Shown piece after piece: positions 37,611 through 51,600 of a stretch of 64,000 bases of DNA. Where the stretch lies: contig NC_086097.1 of the NCBI RefSeq assembly GCF_963921235.1, positions 111,974,001 through 112,038,000 on the forward strand, given 5' to 3'. A model generated the notes under the pieces. It did not search any database. It was not told the origin of the DNA and was given only the letters and a program-made list of their open reading frames with translations. This DNA is from Mobula hypostoma. Lineage: Eukaryota. The first letter of the stretch is position 1. Every line of letters starts with the position of its first letter. The position numbers were made by a program, and so were the translations under genes.

Positions 37611-39179
37611 TTTTAATTTTATATTTTAATGTTGTATTTGAGATTCATCATTATTTTTTGCAAATCCCAGAAAAAGAAGAGAAATTTCATTCTTTTCAAT
37701 GCAACAATAATTCAAAAGACCTAAGTAATTTGTATTCTAAGACTGCAAAATGATTGGGTCAGTTCAGTAGATCCACAGTGGACTCTGCTCAATAAATCGC
37801 CAGCTCAACTCTTCCACCATTGGCAGCATCAACAGGACGTACTCAAGAAGGCAACATCCATCATTAAAGGTCCCCACCAACCAGACCATGGTATCTTTTC
37901 ACAGCTACCATTTGGCAGAAGGTACAAAAGCCTGAAGTTGCATATCACCAGATTCAAGAATAATTACTTCTCTTCAAACCGGCAAACCCTAATCGCAGCA
38001 ATTTAGCAACACTATGACCACCTTGATCAGTTTGTACTAAAATGGACTTAGCTCTTTTGTTATTCTAATTGTGTTTTTCTTGTGAATGCTGCTAATATGA
38101 TTCTGAGTCTGTGATGCTGCTTCAAGTAAGTTTTGCATTGCACCTGTGCATATGTGAAATTATGCACATGGTAATCAAAGTTCAAAGTACATTTATTATC
38201 AAAGTATGCATAAATTATACAACCTTGAGATTTGTTTCCTTACAGGCAGCCCCAAAACAAGAAACCTGAAAGAACCAATTTTAAAAAAGACTAATAAACA
38301 CCCAATGCACAGACAGAGGGGGGAAAATTACAAACCATGCAAACAATAAAAGCAAGCAACAGCATCCAGGATCAGAGTGAGTTCACAGACACAAAGCCTG
38401 GAGCAGCCTCTGAGAGTAGGTCCACAGCCTCAGCTCCAGTTCATTACCCAGCTGAGCAAAACTGAATAAAAACAAAAAATAAGCTTGCTTGAAAACTTTA
38501 ACCTTGTCTTTGACTTTAGAAATATGGGTTTACTCAGCAGTGTTTAACTGGCAAGTAGCTGGATTTGATTCCAGAAGTCATATTTCTGATTGCAAACAAG
38601 AGAAAGTTTGCAGATGCTGGAAATCCAAGCAGCACACACACAATTCTGGAGGAACTCAGTAGGCCAGGCAGCATCAGGATGAGGGGTCTCGGCCCGAAAT
38701 GTCGACTATACTCTTTTCCATAGATGTCTCTGATTGTGTGGTTCTTGTTTGAACTGGACACCAATGACAAGTTTAGAATGTATTTAGTTATTCTTGAGAA
38801 AGTGGTGGAGAGTTGGTATCTTGAACTCTTGCAGTCAATGTGGTGATGCCCTGGAGTTCTAAGAGTTTAGCCCAGTGACATTATAGTCAAGGCCATATCT
38901 TCTAAAGGTAAAGTAGCATGTGAATTGGTGGGGTAATGGGACCACGCATTTGCTTCATTTATTTTTCTCTATGGTAGAGCTTGTGAATTGATATAATATA
39001 ACATTTAGGAAGAGCTGCAATACCTCCAGTTTAACATTGGGTGTCAACCTTTCAAATTTTACAGTATTCTTCATACACTTAGTACACATACTTTCCTACC
39101 CTCACCATTGTCTCCATCTCTCACCATTCACACTCCCCTATACAATGATGGAACAGCAGTGGAAATTGCAAACAGTTTG

Positions 39180-40465
39180 CAACTCCCAGGAGTGCATATC
39201 ACACACAACCTCACACTGTTACAGACACATCCTACACGGTTAAAAAAGCTCACCAACATCTCTATGTTCTGAGGAGGCTGAAGAGGGCTGGACTCCACAC
39301 ATCCATGTGCATGTCATTCTAAAGATGTGCAGCAGAGAGCATCCTAGCAAGCTGTATCACTGCTTAGTACAGAAACTGCACTGCAGTGGACAGGAAGGCT
39401 CTACAACAGATACCAAAATTGCCCAATGAATCACAGGCACCGACCTACCCAACATCAAGGAGATATATACAGAAAAGGCCAGTAACATCATAACGAATCC
39501 CCACACATGCTGCTCATGGACTATTTGACCCACTCCCAGCAGGGAGGAGGCTACAAAACATCAAAGACTCAAAAATCAAAGTATTGAGTACAGGAGATGG
39601 GATGTTGCGTTGAAGTTGTATGAAACATTGTTGAGGCTAATTTGTATTGTGTAAGGTTTGGCCACTCACCTACAGAAAAGATGTAAACAAGGCTGAAAGA
39701 GTACAGAGAAAATTTACAAGGATGTTGCTGGGCCTGGAGGACCTGAATTATAAGGAAAGATTGAAAAGGTTGAGACATTATTCCTTGTAAATGTAGAAAA
39801 GTGAGAGGAGATTTGATAGAGGTATACAAAAATTATGAGGGGTATAGATAGAGTAAATGTAAGCAGGCTTTTTCCACTGAGTTTGGGTGGGACCACAACC
39901 AGAGGTCATAGTTTAAGGGTGAAAGATGAAAAATTTATGTGGAATATGAGGGGAAACTTCTTCACTCAGAGGTTTCTGGGAGTGTTGAACGAGCTGCCAG
40001 CACAACTGGTGTATGCAAGCTTGATTTAAACATCTAAGGGAAGTTTGGATAGGTACATGGATAGTGGGCTATTATCCCAGTGTAGGTCAATGGGAATAGG
40101 CAGATTAAATGGGTTGGTACAGTCTAGATGGGCTGAAGGCCCTGTTTCTGTGCTGTACTTTTCTATGACTTTTTGACTAAAAACAGTTCCATTCCTCAAG
40201 CGGTAAGTCTGATCAACACCTCCACCCACTAATTCCACCAATGTTTTATTATTTCCTTTCAGTCACCTTATGTACAGCGCAGCTTCACTCTATAGACATA
40301 CAATCAATCTGTGGATATACTTCATGCATTTATATTTATTGTGTGTTTTTTATTATTATTGTGTTCTTTATCTTTTGTGTATTGTGTGCTGCATTGGATC
40401 TGGAGTAACAATCATTTCATTCTCCTTGCACTTCTGTGCAGGAAATGACATTAAACCATCTTGAA
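39180..40465 (+). mobile_element. Rex1/Babar-like LINE 3' fragment interrupted by a CR1 3' fragment (about 39566-40160)
   Basis: LRRLK...ESILAS-type remnants homologous to 60380-61310; 'ctcaaaa' is followed, after the CR1 piece, by 'aaaacagttccattcctcaagc'. Confidence 0.65.
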
Positions 40466-40930
40466 TCCAAACTTGGCTTATGTTTAGATTCTGAATCAGT
40501 GAAGGTCCTGACACAGTGATCCACAGCTCTGTCCAGAACTGGAAAAACTGCAGAAATATGGATGGACAAGCTTTTCACTGCATATTGATATATGTGACGA
40601 TAATAAACCAATTCCAATTCCAATTCCATGCATTTGAAACAGGGCTGTGAAGAGTATAAAGGGAACAAGGAACATACACCCTGGTGAGTTTAAAGGGAGG
40701 ATGGGAATAGAGGCCAAAGTATGTTTAAATGGAAAGAGGGAACCTGGACACCATTGTGGAGCCCTGGTTAGTTAAAGGGATAACAGGTTTTATGTACTTA
40801 ATTTTATTTATTAATTATTATTATAGAGTAAATGGTTGCTATAATGGGTGAACAAAACTTGAAGTATGGGCACCTCTGCAATATCTAGATATCTACACAC
40901 CTAACAACATATTAGAGAAAGAAATAAACA

Positions 40931-42625
40931 CACAGTGGCCATTTTATTAGGCACACCTGCTCATTAATGCAAATATTTTATCAGCCAATCATGTGGAAGC
41001 AAATCAAAATCATGCAGAAATAGTCTAGAGGTTCTGTAGTTCAGACCAAACTTCAGAATGGGCAAGAAATGTGATCTAAGTGACTTTGACTGTGGAATGA
41101 TTGTTGGTGTCAGATGGGTTAGTTTAAATATTTCAGATACTGCTGACCTTCTGGGTTTTCGCACATAATAGTGTCATGGTCTGGTCCATGAAGTCCATAT
41201 TCCGTTTCACGGTCCGGTCCATCGACCCCTGCTCCAGGTCTTCCTGTCTACCCTGTTTCTGTTCTTGTTGAGCTCTAATTGAGGCAGCTGATGCTTGTTG
41301 GGGCTGGCTGCATAAATACCTTCAGAGACCAGGGTGTGGCTGCTGGATTGTTCTTGTCCTTACTCCTTGTATCCCTTCCTCTGCCTTCTGTTTCCTTGCC
41401 TGAAGCCCTGCCTTGTCTTGCCGGTAACTCTCGCCTCGCCTGAAGTTCTCGTTTTGCCTTGCTTTGCCAGAAGCCTTGCCTTGTCTTGCCGGTAACTCTC
41501 GCCTCACCTGAAGTTCTCGTCTCACCTTGCATTGCCTGAAGCCTTGCCTTGTCTTGCTGGTAACTCTCTCCTCATCTCGCCTGCAGTCTTGTCCTGGGGC
41601 CACCCTGTACCTAGCTCCCTTCCTGTCCCTTGCCTTCGCCCAGGTAAGCCAGGCTGTCTTGCCGTTACCTGCGGTTGGTTCTGGCCCTTCCTGACCCTTG
41701 CCTCCGTCGGGTAAGCCAGGCCATATTGCCATTACCTACAGTTGGTTCTGTCCCTTCCTGTCCCTTGCCTCCGTCGGGTAGCCAGGCCGTATTTCCATTA
41801 CCTACAGTTGGTTCTGTCCCTTCCTAACCCTTGCCTCCGTTGGGTAAGCCAGGCCGTCTTGCCATTACCTGTGGTTGGTTCTGTCCCTTCCTGTCCCTTG
41901 CCTCTTTAGGGTGGTGATCCATGCCCTGCCCAGGAGTACCGCACCCTGCCCAGGAGGAGCCTCTAGCCTCTAGCCTCTGGCCTCCTGCCAAGCCTCTAGC
42001 CTCTTGCCTCCTGCCAAGCCTCGCCTCTGGTCTCTAGCCTCCAGCCTGAAGACTCCAGCCTCCTGCCTAGCCTCAAGCCTGAAGACTCCAGCCTCCTGCC
42101 TCCTGCCAAGCCTCGCCTCAAGTCTCTAAGTCTCCAGCCTCGTCCTGCCTGCCAGCCAAGCCTCGTCCTTGCCTAGTTCTGGGGTCCGAGCCAGAGGAAA
42201 GACCCAGCTACTGGGTCCTTGTCCAGTCTCTGGCTCGGAGTCCAAGCCCGGGATCCTAGCTCTCTTGTCCAGTAATGTTCCGGGTTCCTGGTTTTCGTGT
42301 CCATGTCCTTGCCCTCACCCTGTATTCTAGTCCTGTCCCTAGTCCTTCAGTGTCTCTGTCTTGCACTTGGGTCCATTCCCAGCCACCTCCTTATGACAAA
42401 TAGACTCTAGAGTTTACAAAGAATGGCATTAAAAATCCAATGAGTGTCAGTTCTGTGGGCAAAAATGGCTTGCTGAAGGATCTTGGCCCAAACCATCAAC
42501 TGTACTCTTTTCCATAGATGCTGATTGGCCTGCTGAGTTCCTCCAGCATTTTCTGTGTGTTGCTTGTTACTGAGAGAGGTCGGAGGAGAATGGCCAGACT
42601 GGTGTAAGCTGACAGGAAGGTGGCA
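40931..42625 (+). mobile_element. Tc1-like transposon 5' fragment interrupted by a solo LTR and a Penelope terminus
   Basis: TIR-like cagtggccattttattagg; N-terminal transposase MGKKCDLSDFDCGMIVGVR...ADLLGF | SRVYKEW. Confidence 0.7.
41172..42398 (+). mobile_element. Solo Gypsy-type LTR (about 1.2 kb) with internal tandem arrays, 5-bp TSD AATAG
   Basis: TGTCAT...ATGACA termini, AATAG at 41167-41171 and 42399-42403, TATA-like cataaata near 41311, 3' tgcacttgggtcc typical of fish Gypsy LTRs. Confidence 0.85.
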
Positions 42626-43179
42626 GAATTTTATTTACGTGCAGTCTCATACTTGCCTGTAATTCCTGCCTATGAATTCCTATTGAAAGCAACTTAAGAA
42701 ATGGCGCCATGTGCCTTAGCTCTGTACCAATCACAGCTCCAATCACGATCTGCAAGGAAGGTTAGGATTGTGATCCTGAATGAGCTACACAGTAACTGGA
42801 GTTGTAGGTCTTTATTTAGCACCAACATACTCAGCGAAATACTGGAGGAAAAATCTCCAAGGAGAATGTCCTGGTAGAATCTGCTGAAGTCAAAGTAAAT
42901 CAAGGTTTAAACACTTTAAATGTAAGGATAATAGCAGGTGATTAACTTCAGTGTCAGTAGTTGCAATTGCATAGTCCATTTCAATATTTTCGCACCCTAG
43001 GGCTTTGGGGAACTTTTTATTAGTCTGTAATAGAAGCATATCTCAAGTGACAAGGACACCTTTGAATATTCAAACATCTTTGGTGGAAATCAAGACACCC
43101 AGCTTTCTTTTATCTCTACATTGGAGGATGACTCTTCGCAGACGATTGTGTTGTTTGATTGACACACTTGACACACGTG

Positions 43180-43432
43180 ACAGTTGGGTGGCACGGTAAC
43201 ATAACAGTTGGCATGCATTTCAGAGGGCCAGTGACCTGGGATCAATTTCCACTGTTGTTTGTAAAGAGTTTGTACGTTCTTGCCGTGATTATGTGGGTTT
43301 CCTCCAAGTGCTCTGGTTTCCTCCCACATTCCAAAGACATTTGGGTCAGAAGGTTAACTGGTCACATGGGTATAATTGGTCAGTGCAGGCTCAGTGGGCT
43401 GGAAGAGCCTGTTATCGTGCTGTATCTTTAAA
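43180..43432 (+). mobile_element. HE1-like V-SINE
   Basis: tRNA-like head, 'gagtttgtacgttct..ccgtga...gggtttcctcc...ctcccacattccaaagac' core, CR1-like tail. Confidence 0.75.
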
Positions 43433-44749
43433 CAAAATAAGCAAGCAACATGAATAGGTTCTTTTTTGAAGATTAGTTCCCATTGCAACCTCCATAACTC
43501 CTGAGTAAAGTCTAAATTCAATTCCTAACAGTAAAGGGAAAAACTTGGGAGAAATCTGAAATGAATCAATATTCTAAGCTGTTGAGCCTGACGAACAGCT
43601 ATTGAATACATATTGCTATTATTTTTACTTAGTACCTCTGAATCTTCTCAATTACCCTACAATCCTCTTTCATCTAGTCTGTGCAACATACTGAATGTAC
43701 ATGAAGAATGGAGAATTGCCTTCTAATTTGATGTGTAAGGTAATTCACCCCTTGCCATTTACTAGCTCAATTTATTAAATACAAAACATTAATTTCCTAA
43801 TGCAACTGTATAAAGAGCCCAGACCAGCCATGGTTAATATATATATTTGACATATTTTTCAAAGTTCATGGTTCTAATGAAGGGTCTGGACTTGAAATGT
43901 CGGTTCTTTATTCCCATCCACCGATGCTACCTGATCTCTGAGCTCCTCCACTATGTTGTGTGAATTGCTCTACATTTCCAGCGTCTGCAATAACTCTTTT
44001 GATTTTCAAAGTTCAAAGTACATTTATTGTCAAAGTATGTATACATTATACAATCTTGATAAACAACCGTTAGGAGCACACAGAAGCACACATCATACAC
44101 TTTTTTTCCCTTCCAGGCAGCCAAAAAAGAAGAAACCTAAAAGAACCCATTTAAAGAAAATCCAATAAACGCCCATTGGGGAGGGGTGGCGGGGAGAGAG
44201 AGAGAGAGAGAAACAAATCATGCAAACTTTAAAAGCAAGCAAACAGCATTCAGAATGAGAGAGAGTCCATAGACATGAAGCCTGGAGCAGCTGGAGCAAC
44301 CCACAGCCTCAGCTTTAGTTCATCACATTTGTCTCCAGTTCTGACCATTGTGAAAACCAATGAGCTAAATATGTGTGGAGGATGGGAGTGGGATGATATG
44401 AATTATAACCAACAGTCCATTGCACAGCAAGGTCAATTTACTCAGAAACATTAAAAGAACAAAGTATTCAAAGAAGGAGGAAACAACAACTGTAACTTCT
44501 CCACGAAAGCAGTGTAATTTCTCCAGGGAAATAAAATGAGTGCGTAAAAATAACGTATGTGAATAAAATCACTGTCATTTATGGCATTATGATAATCAAG
44601 CTCATTTAACAGGAGAGTTAGTCAACTATCTGAATAGAAATTATGTTGTAACCATATGTAGCTTTTCCCATTAGGAGCAAACGTCAACCAACAGTCTTTG
44701 TGGGAGTCAAATAAATACATTTGAGAAAATTATTCCAGTTTAGTGTCCT

Positions 44750-47585
44750 CTTGTCTTAGACTCTCCCACCATGGGAAACATTCTTTCCACATCTACTCTG
44801 TTTAGGCCTTTCAACATTCAAAAGGTTTCGATGAGATCCTCTCTCATCTTTCTAGATTCCAGCAAGTACAGACCCAGAGCTATCAAATGTTCCTCATATG
44901 ATAACCCTTTCATTCCTGGAATCATCCTTGTGAACCTCCTCTGGACCCTCTCCAGTGCCAGCACATCTCTTCTAAAATGAGGAGCCCATAACTGCACAGA
45001 ATCACCAGTGCCTTATAAAGCCTCAGAATCACATCCTTGCTCTTGTATTCTAGACCTCTTGAAATGAATGCTAACATTGCACTTGCCTTCCTCACCACCG
45101 ACTCAACCTGCAACTTAACCTTTAGGATGTTCTGCACAAGGACTCGCAAGTCCCTCTGCATCTCAGATTCCTAGATTTTCTCCTTGTTTAGAAAGTAGAC
45201 TGCACAACTATTTCTACTACCAAAGTGCATGGCCATGCATTTTCCAACATTATATTTAATTTGCCACTTTCTTGCCTATTCTTCTAATCTGTCTAAGTCC
45301 TTCTTCAGCCTACCTGTTTCCTCAACACTACTTGCCCCTCCGCCAAATTTTGTATCATCTGCAAACGTGGCAACAAGTCATCTATTTTATTATCTAAGTC
45401 ATTTATACACAGCACAGAAAGAAACGGCCCTGCAGAACACCACTATCACTGAGAGCCAACCAGAAAAGGATCCTTTTATTCCTGCTCGCTGCCTCCTTCC
45501 AAACAGCCAATGCTCTAACCATGTTAGTAACGTTCCTGTAATACCATGGGCTGTTAACTTGGTAAGCAGCCACGTGTGTGGCACCTTGTCAAAGGCCTTC
45601 TGTAAGTCCAAATATACAATATCCACTGTATTCCCTTTATCTATCCTACTTGTAATCTCCTCAAAGAATTCCAGCAGGTTCGTCAAGCAAATTTTCCCTG
45701 GAGGAAACCATGCTGACTTTGTCTTATCTTGTCCTGTGCATCAAGTACTCCATCATCTCATCCTTAACAATTGACTCTTAACATCTTCCCAACCACTGAG
45801 GTAAGGCTAACTGGTCTATAATCTCCTTTCTGCTGCCTTCCTCCTTTCTTAAACAGTGGAGTGACATTTGCAATTTTCCAGTCCCTGGCACCATGTCAGA
45901 GTCCAATGATTTTTGAAAGATCATTTCTAAAAGGGAGCGGGAGGAGAAGATGGTGGCACTACACTGCGCGTGCAGCTCTCCAGTGAAATGATATCGTACT
46001 TGTAAGTAGGATGCTGTTCACAATTCTGATTTGATGGAGACAGACGTGAGAAGCAGAGGAACATCTGGAGAAATTTCTGAAATGCTCGGTTCACTGCCGC
46101 CGCTACTACGCGATCGAGAATCTCCGGAGGGAAGGCCCCAAAATCCCTGGCATTGCTTGCTGCTGGTGACCGAGGCTGAGATCGAAGCGTTTGGCAGAGA
46201 TGGTGCTCGGTACTTGGTGTCGGAGGGCTGACTGGAGCTCAAAGTTTTCAGATGACTCAGAGTCGGACTATGGTCGGGCATGGCAGGGAGAGTTTTCTTC
46301 CTTCTCCCGTCTACGTGAGATGTGGGACTTTTGAGAGACTTTGAACTTTTTTACTGTGCCATGGCCTGTTCTTCATCAAGTTATGGTATTGTTGCACTGT
46401 TGTAACTATATGTTATAGTTATGTGGTTTTTGTTAGTTTTTCAGTCTTGGTCTGTCCTGTGTTTCTGTGATATCATACCGGAGGAATATTGTATCATTTC
46501 TTAATGCATGCATTACTAAATGACAATAAAAGAGGACTGCGTGTCCTCATAATCTAATCTAATCTAGTGCTGCCACAACCCCTAATACTATCTGTTTCAG
46601 AACCCTAGGGTGCAGTTCATCTAGTCCGATGACTTATGTACTTTTAGCTCTTACAGTTTTTTTGAGCACCTTCTCCCTTGTAATAGTAACTGCACCCACT
46701 TCTCTTCCCTCACACACTACAACATCTGGCACACTGCTAGTATCTTCCACAGTGAAGATTGATACAATATACTCATTTAGTTCAAATCAGCCATCTCCTT
46801 GTCCTCCATTACCATTTCTCCTGCCTCATTTTCTAGCGGACCCATATCCACTCTCATTTCTCTTTTTTTTATATACTTGAAAAAGCTTTTACTATACACT
46901 TTGATATTATATGCTAGCTTACTTTCATATTTAATCTTTTCCCTTCAAATGATTCTTTTAGTTGCTCTCTGTAGGTTTTTAAAAACCTACAATCCTCTAT
47001 CTTCCCACTAAATTTTGCTTTGTTGTATGCCCTCTCTTTTGGTTTTACATTAGCTTTGACTTCCCTTGTCAGCCGTGCTTGTACTATTTTGCCATTTGAG
47101 TATTTCTTCATTTCTGGAATACACATGCCCTGCATGTTCCTCATTTTTCCCAGAAACGCACACCTTCGCTGCTCTGCTGACATCCCTGCCAGCAGCTCCT
47201 TCCAATTTACTTTGGCCAACTCCTCTCTGATACCACTAACTTCCCTTACTTCACTGAAATACTACTATGTTAGACTTTACTTCCTCCCAATCAAATTTCA
47301 AGTTGAACTCAATCATATTGTGATCATTGGTTCCTAAGGGTTCTTTTACCTTAACTCCCTAATCGCCTCTGCTTCATTACATAATACCCAATCCAGTAGA
47401 GCTTATCCATTAGTAGGCTCAATGATAAACTGCTCTAAAAAGCCATCTCTTAGGCATTCAACAAACTCTTTCTCTTGAAATGCGTTACCAACCTGATTTT
47501 CCCAATCGACCTTCATGTTAATATCTCCCATGGCTATCATTACATTGCCTTTTTGACACATTTTTTCTATTTTCTGTTGTAATGT
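44750..47585 (-). mobile_element. CR1 ORF2 fragment, interrupted at 45931-46565
   Basis: ORFs 45399-45686, 46914-47219 and 47403-47672 are CR1 RT/APE pieces. Confidence 0.9.
45931..46565 (+). mobile_element. Non-autonomous retroelement (about 635 bp) with hairpin and (AATCT)3 tail
   Basis: Cleanly interrupts the CR1; AATAAA 46525, stem GAGGAC/GTCCTC 46532-46548, tail 46551-46565. Confidence 0.75.
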
Positions 47586-47700
47586 AGGGGGGATGTCAGA
47601 GGTAGGTTTTTTTAAAAAGAGTGGCAGGGGTGCGGAATGTGTTGCCAGTGCTGGTGGTAGAGGCAGACACATTAAGGCACATTTAAGGGACTCTTAGATA

Positions 47701-47737
<37 letters not shown>

Positions 47738-49089
47738 ATCCCATAGGATGATGATGGTTCCTTTCAGTAGAAAGGAAGAGCATGTGCGTGAATGGATTTT
47801 ATGTCCTGAAAATTCAAAGCATAGTTCCAAACTCATTCCTCCCTTGCTTTTCCTCTTATAGCTACCGATAGGATAGAGGCTGACTTAACCTACTTCTGTA
47901 GGCTGTAAAGTGAAAAGGAAGCTAATGTGGGAACTACAGACTCACTCACTGACAATGTAGAAGTGGCTGGCAGAGCAACTGGATAAGCACAATAAGACTG
48001 CAATAATCTAAAACACTTCAGTCTTTTGTGCTGAGTTTAAAGGGATGCTGGAAAAACTGATCCCAGTACATTTAAAGTGAACATGGGAAACAAGTTTAAA
48101 GTGATGTGGGAACTGGAATTCTGGTGAGTTTAAAGGGAGCACAGGAAACAGAACCCCATTAGTCATATGCAAAGCTATTAGGATTTATGAACAATGGGAT
48201 GGCGGATTATTGGAGTTTTACTATAGTTTGTAAGGTAAACCAATGAATTTCTTCCACTGATCCTGTAGGGCTTCTGTGTGCTCCTGATTGTTGCTCTTCA
48301 GTCTTTGCCTGTGCAGCTTTTTATGTGATTTTATTGTATTTCTTTGCTCAACTGTGAATGTCTGCAAGAATCTTAGGATAGAATATGGTGACATACACGT
48401 ACTTTGATAATTAATCAACTGTGAACTTTTAACTATTATGCATGACTTGAGGTTTCTCAAGGATAAATCTGTTCCTCCAATAGTGGAGAAATCGCCTTCC
48501 ATGATAGAGTTTGAAACAGAGTGTTGGGTGTTATGTTTGGAACATGCTATAGAAAAGATCTACACAACATAGTTACCTGAGAGTAACCAAAGCCTCAATG
48601 CCAGGAGAGGATGCTGAGATGGATTCTCCTGTCCAACCAGTGATCTTGAAGGATTTCTGAATCAGCATTGGTGGTACTTCTCCCTTATGCATTAAGAGGT
48701 CCTCTGTAGGTAGCACTACGTAGAGCCCAGTAGACCACATGTTTTGCATTGAGTGTGTAGTCGTGATCATCAATTATCCTTTTCCTCAATCAACCTGTGT
48801 TGTTAAATTTGAAGAAAGGGATGAATCTATGAGAAGTGGTTCCTGAAGTAAAGGAAATTGTGTATGTTTTCCTTGGCTCCTATGATATTAACATAAATAA
48901 TTTCAGACATCCATCAATTTTATTCTAAAAGTGGTATACTAAATGGAAACAATTTTAAATTTTGATATTAGTGTTCCATCCTTTAAATTAGAAGTTTACC
49001 ACTGACACTTTAACTACAGGTGCTAGAGATCTGAAATAAAACCAGAATTTTTTGATAAAAAGTAGACAGAGAACCAAGACAGTAAAATG

Positions 49090-51600
49090 AACAAAGCATC
49101 AGCCACATCTCTTCTACTTCCCACATGTGTACTCTCACTCCTTCTCCTGGACACAGAAAGAACAAAGTTACCCTGGTCCTCACCTTCCACAGCACTGTTC
49201 CTTGTATGCAATGGATAATCCTTCACAATTCCTACCTCCAAACACATCTCCTCCTTTCAGCATTCAATGAGACCAAATCTGTCACCGGGAAGACCCGACG
49301 GAGAAAGAAGGACTGCTTCACCACAAAGGTTGGGATTTCCTATTTGCAACCCATTTTAATTCTACTTCCCAATCCCATTCTGACGTATCAGTCCATGGCA
49401 TCCTCTATGAGTCCATTTGCAGGTTGGAGGAGCAGCGCCTCATATTCTTTCTGAGTAGCCTCCAACATGATGACATTTCTCTAATTTCTGGTAAATACTA
49501 CTTTCAGTTCCCTTTCTCTTTTTTTCCATTCCCCATTCTGGCTCCCCTCTTACATGTTTTCTTTCCAATGAAGTTGAAGAGCTCAGCATGGGTACAGGAA
49601 GCAGCACCAATGCAGTCATCGATGTAGTGTAGGAAAATTTGGAAATTGAGAGTGTAGGCTTGGAACATAGAATATTCCATATATCCAACAAAAAAGACAG
49701 GCATAGCTGGAATCCATGCGAGTGTCCATGGCTACACCTTTTGTTTGCAGAAAGTGGGAGTAGCTGAAGGAGAAATTATCGTAAGTGAGGACCAGTTCCA
49801 CTAGATATCCACCAGGTGGAGGGGAGTAGTGGTGGAAAGGAACTGTTGGGCCTGGTGTCCAGAAAGAAGCAGAGAGCTTTGAGTGCTTCCTGATGAGGAA
49901 TGGAGGTGTATATGAACTGGACATCCATAGTGAAAATTAGATGATCAGGGCCAGAGAACTATAGGAAATGGACATCCATAGTGAAACTGGGACAATTGGG
50001 GCTAAGGAATGATAGGGACTGGACGTCCATAGTGAAAATGAAATAATTGAGGCCACAGAACAAAACCACTTCTATCCTCCATTAGGAAGGCCTCAAAGCT
50101 CTGTGCTTCTTTTTGGACACTTCCATCTAGATGACTGCATTGGTACTGCTCCCTGCACCTGTGCTGAGTTCATTGATTTCATCAGCTTTGCTTCCAACTT
50201 CCACCCTGCCCTCAAATTTACCTGATTCATTTCTGATGCCTCCCTCCCCATTCTTAAGCTCTCTGTCTCTATCTCTGGAGATAGTTTATCTACTGATATC
50301 TTTTATAAACCCACTGATTCTCACAGCTACCTGGACTATACCTCTTTCTCACCCTGTCACTTGCAAAAATGCCTTCCACTTCTCTCAATTCCACCATCTC
50401 CATGGCATCTGCTCTCAGGATGAGACTTTTCATTCCCGAACAAATGAGATGTTGTCCTCCTTCAAAGAAAGGGGCTATCCTTTCTCCACCATCAGCACTG
50501 CCTTCACCTGCATCTCTTCCATTTCACGCACATCTGCCCCCACCCCATCCAGCTGCCACCCCACCAGGGACAGGCTCTTCTTGTTCTCACCTACCTCCAT
50601 ACTAGACTCCGCATCTAGTACGTAATTCTCCAGAAACTTCTGCCATCTCCAATGGGATCCCACCACCAAGAACATGTTTCCTTCCCCTCCACTTTCCATT
50701 TTCCCCAGGGATTGCTCCCTACATGATTCCCTTGTCCAATCATCCCTCCCCACTGATCTTCCTCCTGGCACTTATCCTTTCAGGCAGAACAAGTGCCACA
50801 CCTGCCCCTACACCTCTTCCTTCACTACCATTCAGGGCCCTAAACAGTCCTTCCAGGTGAGGTGACTCTTCATCTATGAGTCTGTTGGGTGATCTACTGT
50901 ATCTGGTACTCCTGGAACGGCCCCTGTATATCGATGAGACGTGATGTGCAAACATTTGTAGATGGGAGACTACTTCATTGAGCACTTACACTCCATCTGC
51001 CACAAAAAGCGGAACCTCTATTTTAATATTACTTCCTATTCCTATTCTGACATGTCAGTCCATGGCCTCCTCTACTGTCGTGATGAGGCCACACTCAGGT
51101 TGAGGAACAACACCTTATATTCTGTCTGGGTAGCCTCCAAACTGATGGCATGAACATCGATTTTTCAAACTTCCGGTAATGCCTCTCCCTTCACCATTTT
51201 CCATTCCCATTTCCCTCTCTCACTTTATCTCCTTGCCCACTCATCACCTCCCTTTGGTGTTCCTTTCCCTTTCCTTTCTTCCATAGTCTTCTATCCTCTC
51301 CTATCAGATTCCCTCTTCTCCAGCCCTTTATCTCTTTAACCAATCGACTTCCCAGCTCTTCACTTCACCCCTAACCCTCTCCTGGTTTCACCTATTCACG
51401 ACTACTTGTACTTCTTCCCCCCCACCCCCGCCGGCTTCTTACTCTGACCTCATCCTTCTTTTTCCTGTCCTGATGTCTCATTTTGTCTCAGTCCAAAATG
51501 TTGAAGGTTTACTCTTCCATAGATGCTGCCTGGCCTGCTGAGTTACTCCAGCATTTTGTGTGTATTGGTTTGATTTCCAGCATCTGCAGATTTTCTCTTG
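49090..51600 (+). mobile_element. Penelope-like element cluster (RT + GIY-YIG remnants) with an inverted segment at about 49550-50040
   Basis: Minus strand QTKGVAMDTRMDSSYA and YIDD; plus strand YKPTDSHSYLDY and GIY-YIG-like region; terminal gatgctgcctggcctgctgag. Confidence 0.8.

Noticed and set aside
41275..41905. CRISPR-like array or repetitive protein ORFs
   Set aside because: Units are contiguous tandem repeats without unique spacers inside a TSD-flanked LTR; eukaryotic context and no cas genes.
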